Source: Euprymna scolopes (Eukaryota). From it: a stretch of 64,000 nt of DNA. Below the pieces are notes generated by a model that saw only the letters and a list, made by a program, of their open reading frames with translations, did not search any database and was not told where the DNA came from. Within the stretch, counting starts at the first letter, position 1. Every line of letters starts with the position of its first letter. Positions 26,414 to 41,400 of this stretch are shown here, piece by piece. Both the position numbers and the translations under genes were made by a program. The stretch lies in assembly GCA_053919585.1 (NCBI GenBank), contig CM132828.1. One strand, 5' to 3'.

Positions 26414-29400
26414 ATCATGTTTAATTAACACGAAGTCACAAATTATAAACAAACCATAAAATCATCATATTTTAATAACAGGAAGTCACAAGTTGTAAAC
26501 AAACCATAAAATCATCATATTTTAATAACAGGAAGTCACAAGTTGTAAACAAACCATAAAATCATCATATTTTAATAACAGGAAGTCACAAATTATAAAC
26601 AAACCATAAAATCATCATATTTTAATAACAGGAAGTCACAAGTTGTAAACAAACCATAAAATCATCATATTTTAATAACAGGAAGTCACAAATTATAAAC
26701 AAACCATAAAAATCATCATATTTTAATAACAGGAAGTCACAAGTTGTAACCAAACCATAAAATCATCATGTTTAATTAACAGGAAGTCACAAGTTGTAAA
26801 CAAACCATAAAAATAATCATATTTTAATAACAGGAAGTCACAAGTTGTAAACAAACCATAAAAATCATCATATTTTAATAACAGGAAGTCACAAGTTGTA
26901 AACAAACCATAAAATCATCATATTTTAATAACAAAAAGTCACAAGTTGTAAACAAACCATAAAAATCATCATGTTTTAATAACAGGAAGTCACAAGTTGT
27001 AAACAAACCATAAAAATCATCATGTTTTAATAACAGGAAGTCACAAGTTGTAAACAAACCATAAAAATCATCATATTTTAATAACAGGAAGTCACAAATT
27101 ATAAACAAACCATAAAAATCATCATATTTTAATAACAGGAAGTCACAAATTATAAACAAACCATAAAAATCATCATATTTTAATAACAGGAAGTCACAAG
27201 TTGTAAACAAACCATAAAAATCATCATGTTTTAATAACAGGAAGTCACAAGTTGTAAACAAACCATAAAAATCATCATATTTTAATAACAGGAAGTCACA
27301 AGTTATAAACAAACCATAAAATCATCATATTTTAATAACAGGAAGTCACAAGTTGTAAACAAACCATAAAAATCATCATATTTTAATAACAGGAAGTCAC
27401 AAGTTATAAACAAACCATAAAATCATCATATTTTAATAACAGGAAGTCACAAGTTGTAAACAAACCATAAAATCATCATATTTTAATAACAGGAAGTCAC
27501 AAGTTGTAAACAAACCATAAAATCATCATATTTTAATATCAGGAAGTCACAAGTTGTAAACAAACCATAAAATCATCATATTTTAATAACAGGAACTCAC
27601 AAGTTATAAACAAACCATAAAAATCATCATATTTTAATGACAGGAAGTCACAAGTTGTAAACAAACCATAAAATCATCATATTTTAATAACAGGAAGTCA
27701 CAAATTATAAACAAACCATAAAAATCATCATATTTTAATAACAGGAAGTCACAAGTTGTAAACAAACCATAAAATCATCATATTTTAATAACAGGAAGTC
27801 ACAAGTTGTAAACAAACCATAAAAATAATCATGTTTTAATAACAGGAAGTCACAAGTTGTAAACAAACCATAAAAATCATCATGTTTTAATAACAGGAAG
27901 TCACAAGTTGTAAACAAACCATAAAAATCATCATATTTTAATAACAGGAAGTCACAAATTATAAACAAACCATAAAAATCATCATATTTTAATAACAGGA
28001 AGTCACAAATTATAAACAAACCATAAAAATCATCATATTTTAATAACAGGAAGTCACAAGTTGTAAACAAACCATAAAAATCATCATGTTTTAATAACAG
28101 GAAGTCACAAGTTGTAAACAAACCATAAAAATCATCATATTTTAATAACAGGAAGTCACAAGTTATAAACAAACCATAAAATCATCATATTTTAATAACA
28201 GGAAGTCACAAGTTGTAAACAAACCATAAAAATCATCATATTTTAATAACAGGAAGTCACAAGTTATAAACAAACCATAAAATCATCATATTTTAATAAC
28301 AGGAAGTCACAAGTTGTAAACAAACCATAAAATCATCATATTTTAATAACAGGAAGTCACAAGTTGTAAACAAACCATAAAATCATCATATTTTAATAAC
28401 AGGAAGTCACAAGTTGTAAACAAACCATAAAATCATCATATTTTAATAACAGGAACTCACAAGTTATAAACAAACCATAAAAATCATCATATTTTAATGA
28501 CAGGAAGTCACAAGTTGTAAACAAACCATAAAATCATCATATTTTAATAACAGGAAATCACAAATTGTAAACAAACCATAAAAAATCATCATATTTTAAT
28601 AACAGGAAGTCACAAGTTGTAAACAAACCATAAAAATCATCATATTTTAATAACAGGAAGTCACAAATTATAAACAAACCATAAAATCATCATGTTTTAA
28701 TAACAGGAAGTCACAAGTTGTAAACAAACCATAAAATCATCATATTTTAATAACAGGAAATCACAAATTGTAAACAAACCATAAAATCATCATATTTTAA
28801 TAACAGGAAGTCACAAGTTGTAAACAAACCATAAAATCATCATATTTTAATAACAGGAAATCACAAATTGTAAACAAACCATAAAAATAATCATATTTTA
28901 ATAACAGGAAGTCACAAGTTGTAAACAAACCATAAAAATCATCATATTTTAATAACAGGAAATCACAAATTGTAAACAAACCATAAAAATAATCATATTT
29001 TAATAACAGGAAGTCACAAGTTGTAAACAAACCATAAAAATCATCATATTTTAATAACAGGAAGTCACAAGTTGTAAACAAACCATAAAATCATCATGTT
29101 TTAATAACAGGAAGTCACAAGTTATAAACAAACCATAAAATCATCATGTTTTAATAACAGGAAGTCACAAGTTGTAAACAAACCATAAAATCATCATATT
29201 TTAATAACAGGAACTCACAAGTTGTAAACAAACCATAAAAATCATCATATTTTAATAACAGGAAGTCACAAGTTGTAAACAAACCATAAAATCATCATAT
29301 TTTAATAACAGGAAGTCACAAGTTGTAAACAAACCATAAAATCATCATATTTTAATAACAGGAAGTCACAAGTTGTAAACAAACCATAAAATCATCATAT

Positions 29401-32400
29401 TTTAATAACAGGAAGTCACAAGTTATAAACAAACCATAAAATCATCATATTTTAATAACAGGAACTCACAAGTTGTAAACAAACCATAAAAATCATCATG
29501 TTTTAATAACAGGAAGTCACAAGTTGTAAACAAACCATAAAATCATCATATTTTAATAACAGGAAGTCACAAGTTGTAAACAAACCATAAAATCATCATA
29601 TTTTAATAACAGGAAGTCACAAGTTGTAAACAAACCATAAAATCATCATATTTTAATAACAGGAAGTCACAAGTTGTAAACAAACCATAAAATCATCATA
29701 TTTTAATAACAGGAAGTCACAAGTTGTAAACAAACCATAAAAATCATCATATTTTAATAACAGGAAGTCACAAGTTGTAAACAAACCATAAAAATCATCA
29801 TATTTTAATAACAGGAAGTCACAAATTATAAACAAACCATAAAATCATCATATTTTAATAACAGGAAGTCACAAGTTGTAAACAAACCATAAAATCATCA
29901 TATTTTAATAACAGGAAGTCACAAGTTATAAACAAACCATAAAATCATCATATTTTAATAACAGGAAGTCACAAGTTGTAAACAAACCATAAAATCATCA
30001 TATTTTAATAACAGGAAGTCACAAATTATAAACAAACCATAAAATCATCATATTTTAATAACAGGAAGTCACAAGTTGTAAACAAACCATAAAAATCATC
30101 ATATTTTAATAACAGGAAGTCACAAGTTGTAAACAAACCATAAAAATCATCATATTTTAATAACAGGAAGTCACAAGTTGTAAACAAACCATAAAATCAT
30201 CATATTTTAATAACAGGAAGTCACAAGTTGTAAACAAACCATAAAATCATCATATTTTAATAACAGGAAGTCACAAGTTGTAAACAAACCATAAAAATCA
30301 TCATATTTTAATGACAGGAAGTCACAAGTTGTAAACAAACCATAAAATCATCATATTTTAATAACAGGAAGTCACAAGTTGTAAACAAACCATAAAATCA
30401 TCATATTTTAATAACAGGAAGTCACAAGTTGTAAACAAACCATAAAAATCATCATATTTTAATAACAGGAAGTCACAAGTTGTAAACAAACCATAAAAAT
30501 CATCATATTTTAATAACAGGAAGTCACAAGTTGTAAACAAACCATAAAATCATCATATTTTAATAACAGGAAGTCACAAGTTGTAAACAAACCATAAAAA
30601 TCATCATATTTTAATAACAGGAAGTCACAAGTTGTAAACAAACCATAAAAATCATCATATTTTAATAACAGGAAGTCACAAGTTGTAAACAAACCATAAA
30701 ATCATCATATTTTAATAACAGGAAGTCACAAGTTGTAAACAAACCATAAAAATCATCATATTTTAATAACAGGAAGTCACAAATTATAAACAAACCATAA
30801 AATCATCATATTTTAATAACAGGAAGTCACAAGTTGTAAACAAACCATAAAATCATCATGTTTTAATAACAGGAAGTCACAAGTTGTAAACAAACCATAA
30901 AATCATCATATTTTAATAACAGGAAGTCACAAGTTGTAAACAAACCATAAAAATCATCATATTTTAATAACAGGAAGTCACAAGTTGTAAACAAACCATA
31001 AAAATCATCATATTTTAATAACAGGAAGTCACAAGTTGTAAACAAACCATAAAATCATCATATTTTAATAACAGGAAGTCACAAGTTGTAAACAAACCAT
31101 AAAATCATCATATTTTAATAACAGGAAGTCACAAGTTGTAAACAAACCATAAAATCATCATATTTTAATAACAGGAAGTCACAAGTTGTAAACAAACCAT
31201 AAAAATCATCATATTTTAATAACAGGAAGTCACAAATTATAAACAAACCATAAAATCATCATATTTTAATAACAGGAAGTCACAAGTTGTAAACAAACCA
31301 TAAAATCATCATGTTTTAATAACAGGAAGTCACAAGTTGTAAACAAACCATAAAAATCATCATATTTTAATAACAGGAAGTCACAAGTTGTAAACAAACC
31401 ATAAAATCATCATATTTTAATAACAGGAAGTCACAAGTTGTAAACAAACCATAAAAATCATCATATTTTAATAACAGGAAGTCACAAATTATAAACAAAC
31501 CATAAAATCATCATATTTTAATAACAGGAAGTCACAAGTTGTAAACAAACCATAAAATCATCATGTTTTAATAACAGGAAGTCACAAGTTGTAAACAAAC
31601 CATAAAATCATCATATTTTAATAACAGGAAGTCACAAGTTGTAAACAAACCATAAAAATCATCATATTTTAATAACAGGAAGTCACAAGTTGTAAACAAA
31701 CCATAAAAATCATCATATTTTAATAACAGGAAGTCACAAGTTGTAAACAAACCATAAAATCATCATATTTTAATAACAGGAAGTCACAAGTTGTAAACAA
31801 ACCATAAAATCATCATATTTTAATAACAGGAAGTCACAAGTTGTAAACAAACCATAAAATCATCATATTTTAATAACAGGAAGTCACAAGTTGTAAACAA
31901 ACCATAAAAATCATCATATTTTAATAACAGGAAGTCACAAATTATAAACAAACCATAAAATCATCATATTTTAATAACAGGAAGTCACAAGTTGTAAACA
32001 AACCATAAAATCATCATGTTTTAATAACAGGAAGTCACAAGTTGTAAACAAACCATAAAATCATCATATTTTAATAACAGGAAGTCACAAATTATAAACA
32101 AACCATAAAATCATCATATTTTAATAACAGGAAGTCACAAGTTGTAAACAAACCATAAAATCATCATATTTTAATAACAGGAAGTCACAAGTTGTAAACA
32201 AAGCATAAAAATCATCATATTTTAATAACAGGAAGTCACAAGTTGTAAACAAACCATAAAATCATCATATTTTAATAACAGGAAGTCACAAGTTGTAAAC
32301 AAACCATAAAAATCATCATATTTTAATAACAGGAAGTCACAAATTATAAACAAACCATAAAATCATCATATTTTAATAACAGGAAGTCACAAGTTGTAAA

Positions 32401-35400
32401 CAAACCATAAAATCATCATGTTTTAATAACAGGAAGTCACAAGTTGTAAACAAACCATAAAATCATCATATTTTAATAACAGGAAGTCACAAATTATAAA
32501 CAAACCATAAAATCATCATATTTTAATAACAGGAAGTCACAAGTTGTAAACAAACCATAAAAATCATCATATTTTAATAACAGGAAGTCACAAGTTGTAA
32601 ACAAACCATAAAATCATCATATTTTAATAACAGGAAGTCACAAGTTGTAAACAAACCATAAAATCATCATATTTTAATAACAGGAACTCACAAGTTATAA
32701 ACAAACCATAAAAATCATCATATTTTAATGACAGGAAGTCACAAGTTGTAAACAAACCATAAAATCATCATATTTTAATAACAGGAAATCACAAATTGTA
32801 AACAAACCATAAAACATCATCATATTTTAATAACAGGAAGTCACAAGTTGTAAACAAACCATAAAAATCATCATATTTTAATAACAGGAAGTCACAAATT
32901 ATAAACAAACCATAAAATCATCATGTTTTAATAACAGGAAGTCACAAGTTGTAAACAAACCATAAAATCATCATATTTTAATAACAGGAAATCACAAATT
33001 GTAAACAAACCATAAAATCATCATATTTTAATAACAGGAAGTCACAAGTTGTAAACAAACCATAAAATCATCATATTTTAATAACAGGAAATCACAAATT
33101 GTAAACAAACCATAAAAATAATCATATTTTAATAACAGGAAGTCACAAGTTGTAAACAAACCATAAAAATCATCATATTTTAATAACAGGAAATCACAAA
33201 TTGTAAACAAACCATAAAAATAATCATATTTTAATAACAGGAAGTCACAAGTTGTAAACAAACCATAAAAATCATCATATTTTAATAACAGGAAGTCACA
33301 AGTTGTAAACAAACCATAAAAATCATCATATTTTAATAACAGGAAGTCACAAGTTGTAAACAAACCATAAAATCATCATATTTTAATAACAGGAAGTCAC
33401 AAGTTATAAACAAACCATAAAATCATCATGTTTTAATAACAGGAAGTCACAAGTTGTAAACAAACCATAAAAATCATCATATTTTAATAACAGGAAGTCA
33501 CAAGTTGTAAACAAACCATAAAATCATCATATTTTAATAACAGGAAGTCACAAGTTGTAAACAAACCATAAAATCATCATATTTTAATAACAGGAAGTCA
33601 CAAGTTGTAAACAAACCATAAAATCATCATATTTTAATAACAGGAAGTCACAAGTTATAAACAAACCATAAAATCATCATATTTTAATAACAGGAACTCA
33701 CAAGTTGTAAACAAACCATAAAAATCATCATGTTTTAATAACAGGAAGTCACAAGTTGTAAACAAACCATAAAATCATCATATTTTAATAACAGGAAGTC
33801 ACAAGTTGTAAACAAACCATAAAATCATCATATTTTAATAACAGGAAGTCACAAGTTGTAAACAAACCATAAAATCATCATATTTTAATAACAGGAAGTC
33901 ACAAGTTGTAAACAAACCATAAAATCATCATATTTTAATAACAGGAACTCACAAGTTGTAAACAAACCATAAAAATCATCATATTTTAATAACAGGAAGT
34001 CACAAGTTGTAAACAAACCATAAAAATCATCATATTTTAATAACAGGAAGTCACAAATTATAAACAAACCATAAAATCATCATATTTTAATAACAGGAAG
34101 TCACAAGTTGTAAACAAACCATAAAATCATCATATTTTAATAACAGGAAGTCACAAGTTATAAACAAACCATAAAATCATCATATTTTAATAACAGGAAG
34201 TCACAAGTTGTAAACAAACCATAAAATCATCATATTTTAATAACAGGAAGTCACAAATTATAAACAAACCATAAAATCATCATATTTTAATAACAGGAAG
34301 TCACAAGTTGTAAACAAACCATAAAATCATCATATTTTAATAACAGGAAGTCACAAGTTGTAAACAAACCATAAAAATCATCATATTTTAATAACAGGAA
34401 GTCACAAGTTGTAAACAAACCATAAAATCATCATATTTTAATAACAGGAAGTCACAAGTTGTAAACAAACCATAAAATCATCATATTTTAATAACAGGAA
34501 GTCACAAGTTGTAAACAAACCATAAAAATCATCATATTTTAATGACAGGAAGTCACAAGTTGTAAACAAACCATAAAATCATCATATTTTAATAACAGGA
34601 AGTCACAAGTTGTAAACAAACCATAAAATCATCATATTTTAATAACAGGAAGCCACAAGTTGTAAACAAACCATAAAAATCATCATATTTTAATAACAGG
34701 AAGTCACAAGTTGTAAACAAACCATAAAAATCATCATATTTTAATAACAGGAAGTCACAAGTTGTAAACAAACCATAAAATCATCATATTTTAATAACAG
34801 GAAGTCACAAGTTGTAAACAAACCATAAAAATCATCATATTTTAATAACAGGAAGTCACAAGTTGTAAACAAACCATAAAAATCATCATATTTTAATAAC
34901 AGGAAGTCACAAGTTGTAAACAAACCATAAAATCATCATATTTTAATAACAGGAAGTCACAAGTTATAAACAAACCATAAAATCATCATATTTTAATAAC
35001 AGGAACTCACAAGTTGTAAACAAACCATAAAAATCATCATGTTTTAATAACAGGAAGTCACAAGTTGTAAACAAACCATAAAATCATCATATTTTAATAA
35101 CAGGAAGTCACAAGTTGTAAACAAACCATAAAATCATCATATTTTAATAACAGGAAGTCACAAGTTGTAAACAAACCATAAAAATAATCATATTTTAATA
35201 ACAGGAAGTCACAAGTTGTAAACAAACCATAAAATCATCATATTTTAATAACAGGAACTCACAAGTTATAAACAAACCATAAAATCATCATGTTTTAATA
35301 ACAGGAAGTCACAAGTTGTAAACAAACCATAAAAATCATCATATTTTAATAACAGGAAGTCACAAGTTGTAAACAAACCATAAAATCATCATATTTTAAT

Positions 35401-38400
35401 AACAGGAAGTCACAAGTTGTAAACAAACCATAAAATCATCATATTTTAATAACAGGAAGTCACAAGTTGTAAACAAACCATAAAATCATCATATTTTAAT
35501 AACAGGAAGTCACAAGTTATAAACAAACCATAAAATCATCATATTTTAATAACAGGAACTCACAAGTTGTAAACAAACCATAAAAATCATCATGTTTTAA
35601 TAACAGGAAGTCACAAGTTGTAAACAAACCATAAAATCATCATATTTTAATAACAGGAAGTCACAAGTTGTAAACAAACCATAAAATCATCATATTTTAA
35701 TAACAGGAAGTCACAAGTTGTAAACAAACCATAAAATCATCATATTTTAATAACAGGAAGTCACAAGTTGTAAACAAACCATAAAATCATCATATTTTAA
35801 TAACAGGAACTCACAAGTTGTAAACAAACCATAAAAATCATCATATTTTAATAACAGGAAGTCACAAGTTGTAAACAAACCATAAAAATCATCATATTTT
35901 AATAACAGGAAGTCACAAATTATAAACAAACCATAAAATCATCATATTTTAATAACAGGAAGTCACAAGTTGTAAACAAACCATAAAATCATCATATTTT
36001 AATAACAGGAAGTCACAAGTTATAAACAAACCATAAAATCATCATATTTTAATAACAGGAAGTCACAAGTTGTAAACAAACCATAAAATCATCATATTTT
36101 AATAACAGGAAGTCACAAATTATAAACAAACCATAAAATCATCATATTTTAATAACAGGAAGTCACAAGTTGTAAACAAACCATAAAATCATCATATTTT
36201 AATAACAGGAAGTCACAAGTTGTAAACAAACCATAAAAATCATCATATTTTAATAACAGGAAGTCACAAGTTGTAAACAAACCATAAAATCATCATATTT
36301 TAATAACAGGAAGTCACAAGTTGTAAACAAACCATAAAATCATCATATTTTAATAACAGGAAGTCACAAGTTGTAAACAAACCATAAAAATCATCATATT
36401 TTAATGACAGGAAGTCACAAGTTGTAAACAAACCATAAAATCATCATATTTTAATAACAGGAAGTCACAAGTTGTAAACAAACCATAAAATCATCATATT
36501 TTAATAACAGGAAGTCACAAGTTGTAAACAAACCATAAAAATCATCATATTTTAATAACAGGAAGTCACAAGTTGTAAACAAACCATAAAAATCATCATA
36601 TTTTAATAACAGGAAGTCACAAGTTGTAAACAAACCATAAAATCATCATATTTTAATAACAGGAAGTCACAAGTTGTAAACAAACCATAAAAATCATCAT
36701 ATTTTAATAACAGGAAGTCACAAGTTGTAAACAAACCATAAAAATCATCATATTTTAATAACAGGAAGTCACAAGTTGTAAACAAACCATAAAATCATCA
36801 TATTTTAATAACAGGAAGTCACAAGTTATAAACAAACCATAAAATCATCATATTTTAATAACAGGAACTCACAAGTTGTAAACAAACCATAAAAATCATC
36901 ATGTTTTAATAACAGGAAGTCACAAGTTGTAAACAAACCATAAAATCATCATATTTTAATAACAGGAAGTCACAAGTTGTAAACAAACCATAAAATCATC
37001 ATATTTTAATAACAGGAAGTCACAAGTTGTAAACAAACCATAAAATCATCATATTTTAATAACAGGAAGTCACAAGTTGTAAACAAACCATAAAATCATC
37101 ATATTTTAATAACAGGAACTCACAAGTTGTAAACAAACCATAAAAATCATCATATTTTAATAACAGGAAGTCACAAGTTGTAAACAAACCATAAAAATCA
37201 TCATATTTTAATAACAGGAAGTCACAAATTATAAACAAACCATAAAATCATCATATTTTAATAACAGGAAGTCACAAGTTGTAAACAAACCATAAAATCA
37301 TCATATTTTAATAACAGGAAGTCACAAGTTATAAACAAACCATAAAATCATCATATTTTAATAACAGGAAGTCACAAGTTGTAAACAAACCATAAAATCA
37401 TCATATTTTAATAACAGGAAGTCACAAATTATAAACAAACCATAAAATCATCATATTTTAATAACAGGAAGTCACAAGTTGTAAACAAACCATAAAATCA
37501 TCATATTTTAATAACAGGAAGTCACAAGTTGTAAACAAACCATAAAAATCATCATATTTTAATAACAGGAAGTCACAAGTTGTAAACAAACCATAAAATC
37601 ATCATATTTTAATAACAGGAAGTCACAAGTTGTAAACAAACCATAAAATCATCATATTTTAATAACAGGAAGTCACAAGTTGTAAACAAACTATAAAAAT
37701 CATCATATTTTAATGACAGGAAGTCACAAGTTGTAAACAAACCATAAAATCATCATATTTTAATAACAGGAAGTCACAAGTTGTAAACAAACCATAAAAT
37801 CATCATATTTTAATAACAGGAAGTCACAAGTTGTAAACAAACCATAAAAATCATCATATTTTAATAACAGGAAGTCACAAGTTGTAAACAAACCATAAAA
37901 ATCATCATATTTTAATAACAGGAAGTCACAAGTTGTAAACAAACCATAAAATCATCATATTTTAATAACAGGAAGTCACAAGTTGTAAACAAACCATAAA
38001 AATCATCATATTTTAATAACAGGAAGTCACAAGTTGTAAACAAACCATAAAAATCATCATATTTTAATAACAGGAAGTCACAAGTTGTAAACAAACCATA
38101 AAATCATCATATTTTAATAACAGGAAGTCACAAGTTGTAAACAAACCATAAAAATCATCATATTTGAATAACAGGAAGTCACAAATTATAAACAAGCCAT
38201 AAAATCATCATATTTTAATAACAGGAAGTCACAAGTTGTAAACAAACCATAAAATCATCATGTTTTAATAACAGGAAGTCACAAGTTGTAAACAAACCAT
38301 AAAATCATCATATTTTAATAACAGGAAATCACAAATTGTAAACAAACCATAAAATCATCATATTTTAATAACAGGAACTCACAAGTTATAAACAAACCAT

Positions 38401-41400
38401 AAAAATCATCATATTTTAATGACAGGAAGTCACAAGTTGTAAACAAACCATAAAATCATCATATTTTAATAACAGGAAATCACAAATTGTAAACAAACCA
38501 TAAAAAATCATCATATTTTAATAACAGGAAGTCACAAGTTGTAAACAAACCATAAAAATCATCATATTTTAATAACAGGAAATCACAAATTGTAAACAAA
38601 CCATAAAATCATCATATTTTAATAACAGGAAGTCACAAGTTGTAAACAAACCATAAAATCATCATATTTTAATAACAGGAAATCACAAGTTATAAACAAA
38701 CCATAAAAATCATCATATTTTAATGACAGGAAGTCACAAGTTGTAAACAAACCATAAAATCATCATATTTTAATAACAGGAAATCACAAATTGTAAACAA
38801 ACCATAAAAAATCATCATATTTTAATAACAGGAAGTCACAAGTTGTAAACAAACCATAAAAATCATCATATTTGAATAACAGGAAGTCACAAATTATAAA
38901 CAAACCATAAAATCATCATATTTTAATAACAGGAAGTCACAAGTTGTAAACAAACCATAAAATCATCATATTTTAATAACAGGAAATCACAAATTGTAAA
39001 CAAACCATAAAATCATCATATTTTAATAACAGGAAGTCACAAGTTGTAAACAAACCATAAAATCATCATATTTTAATAACAGGAAATCACAAATTGTAAA
39101 CAAACCATAAAAATAATCATATTTTAATAACAGGAAGTCACAAGTTGTAAACAAACCATAAAAATCATCATATTTTAATAACAGGAAATCACAAATTGTA
39201 AACAAACCATAAAAATAATCATATTTTAATAACAGGAAGTCACAAGTTGTAAACAAACCATAAAAATCATCATATTTTAATAACAGGAAGTCACAAGTTG
39301 TAAACAAACCATAAAAATCATCATATTTTAATAACAGGAAGTCACAAGTTGTAAACAAACCATAAAATCATCATATTTTAATAACAGGAAGTCACAAGTT
39401 ATAAACAAACCATAAAATCATCATGTTTTAATAACAGGAAGTCACAAGTTGTAAACAAACCATAAAAATCATCATATTTTAATAACAGGAAGTCACAAGT
39501 TGTAAACAAACCATAAAATCATCATATTTTAATAACAGGAAGTCACAAGTTGTAAACAAACCATAAAATCATCATATTTTAATAACAGGAAGTCACAAGT
39601 TGTAAACAAACCATAAAATAATCATATTTTAATAACAGGAAGTCAAAAGTTATAAACAAACCATAAAATCATCATATTTTAATAACAGGAACTCACAAGT
39701 TGTAAACAAACCATAAAAATCATCATGTTTTAATAACAGGAAGTCACAAGTTGTAAACAAACCATAAAATCATCATATTTTAATAACAGGAAGTCACAAG
39801 TTGTAAACAAACCATAAAATCATCATATTTTAATAACAGGAAGTCACAAGTTGTAAACAAACCATAAAATCATCATATTTTAATAACAGGAAGTCACAAG
39901 TTGTAAACAAACCATAAAAATCATCATATTTTAATAACAGGAACTCACAAGTTGTAAACAAACCATAAAAATCATCATATTTTAATAACAGGAAGTCACA
40001 AGTTGTAAACAAACCATAAAAATTATCATATTTTAATAACAGGAAGTCACAAATTATAAACAAACCATAAAATCATCATATTTTAATAACAGGAAGTCAC
40101 AAGTTGTAAACAAACCATAAAATCATCATATTTTAATAACAGGAAGTCACAAGTTATAAACAAACCATAAAATCATCATATTTTAATAACAGGAAGTCAC
40201 AAGTTGTAAACAAACCATAAAATCATCATATTTTAATAACAGGAAGTCACAAATTATAAACAAACCATAAAATCATCATATTTTAATAACAGGAAGTCAC
40301 AAGTTATAAACAAACCATAAAATCATCATATTTTAATAACAGGAAGTCACAAGTTGTAAACAAACCATAAAAATCATCATATTTTAATAACAGGAAGTCA
40401 CAAGTTGTAAACAAACCATAAAATCATCATATTTTAATAACAGGAAGTCACAAGTTGTAAACAAACCATAAAATCATCATATTTTAATAACAGGAAGTCA
40501 CAAGTTGTAAACAAACAATAAAAATCATCATATTTTAATGACAGGAAGTCACAAGTTGTAAACAAACATAAAATCATCATATTTTAATAACAGGAAGTCA
40601 CAAGTTGTAAACAAACCATAAAATCATCATATTTTAATAACAGGAAGTCACAAGTTGTAAACAAACCATAAAAATCATCATATTTTAATAACAGGAAGTC
40701 ACAAGTTGTAAACAAACCATAAAAATCATCATATTTTAATAACAGGAAGTCACAAGTTGTAAACAAACCATAAAATCATCATATTTTAATAACAGGAAGT
40801 CACAAGTTTTAAACAAACCATAAAAATCATCATATTTTAATAACAGGAAGTCACAAGTTGTAAACAAACCATAAAAATCATCATATTTTAATAACAGGAA
40901 GTCACAAGTTGTAAACAAACCATAAAATCATCATATTTTAATAACAGGAAGTCACAAGTTATAAACAAACCATAAAATCATCATGTTTTAATAACAGGAA
41001 GTCACAAGTTGTAAACAAACCATAAAAATCATCATATTTTAATAACAGGAAGTCACAAGTTGTAAACAAACCATAAAATCATCATATTTTAATAACAGGA
41101 AGTCACAAGTTGTAAACAAACCATAAAATCATCATATTTTAATAACAGGAAGTCACAAGTTGTAAACAAACCATAAAATAATCATATTTTAATAACAGGA
41201 AGTCAAAAGTTATAAACAAACCATAAAATCATCATATTTTAATAACAGGAACTCACAAGTTGTAAACAAACCATAAAAATCATCATGTTTTAATAACAGG
41301 AAGTCACAAGTTGTAAACAAACCATAAAATCATCATATTTTAATAACAGGAAGTCACAAGTTGTAAACAAACCATAAAATCATCATATTTTAATAACAGG

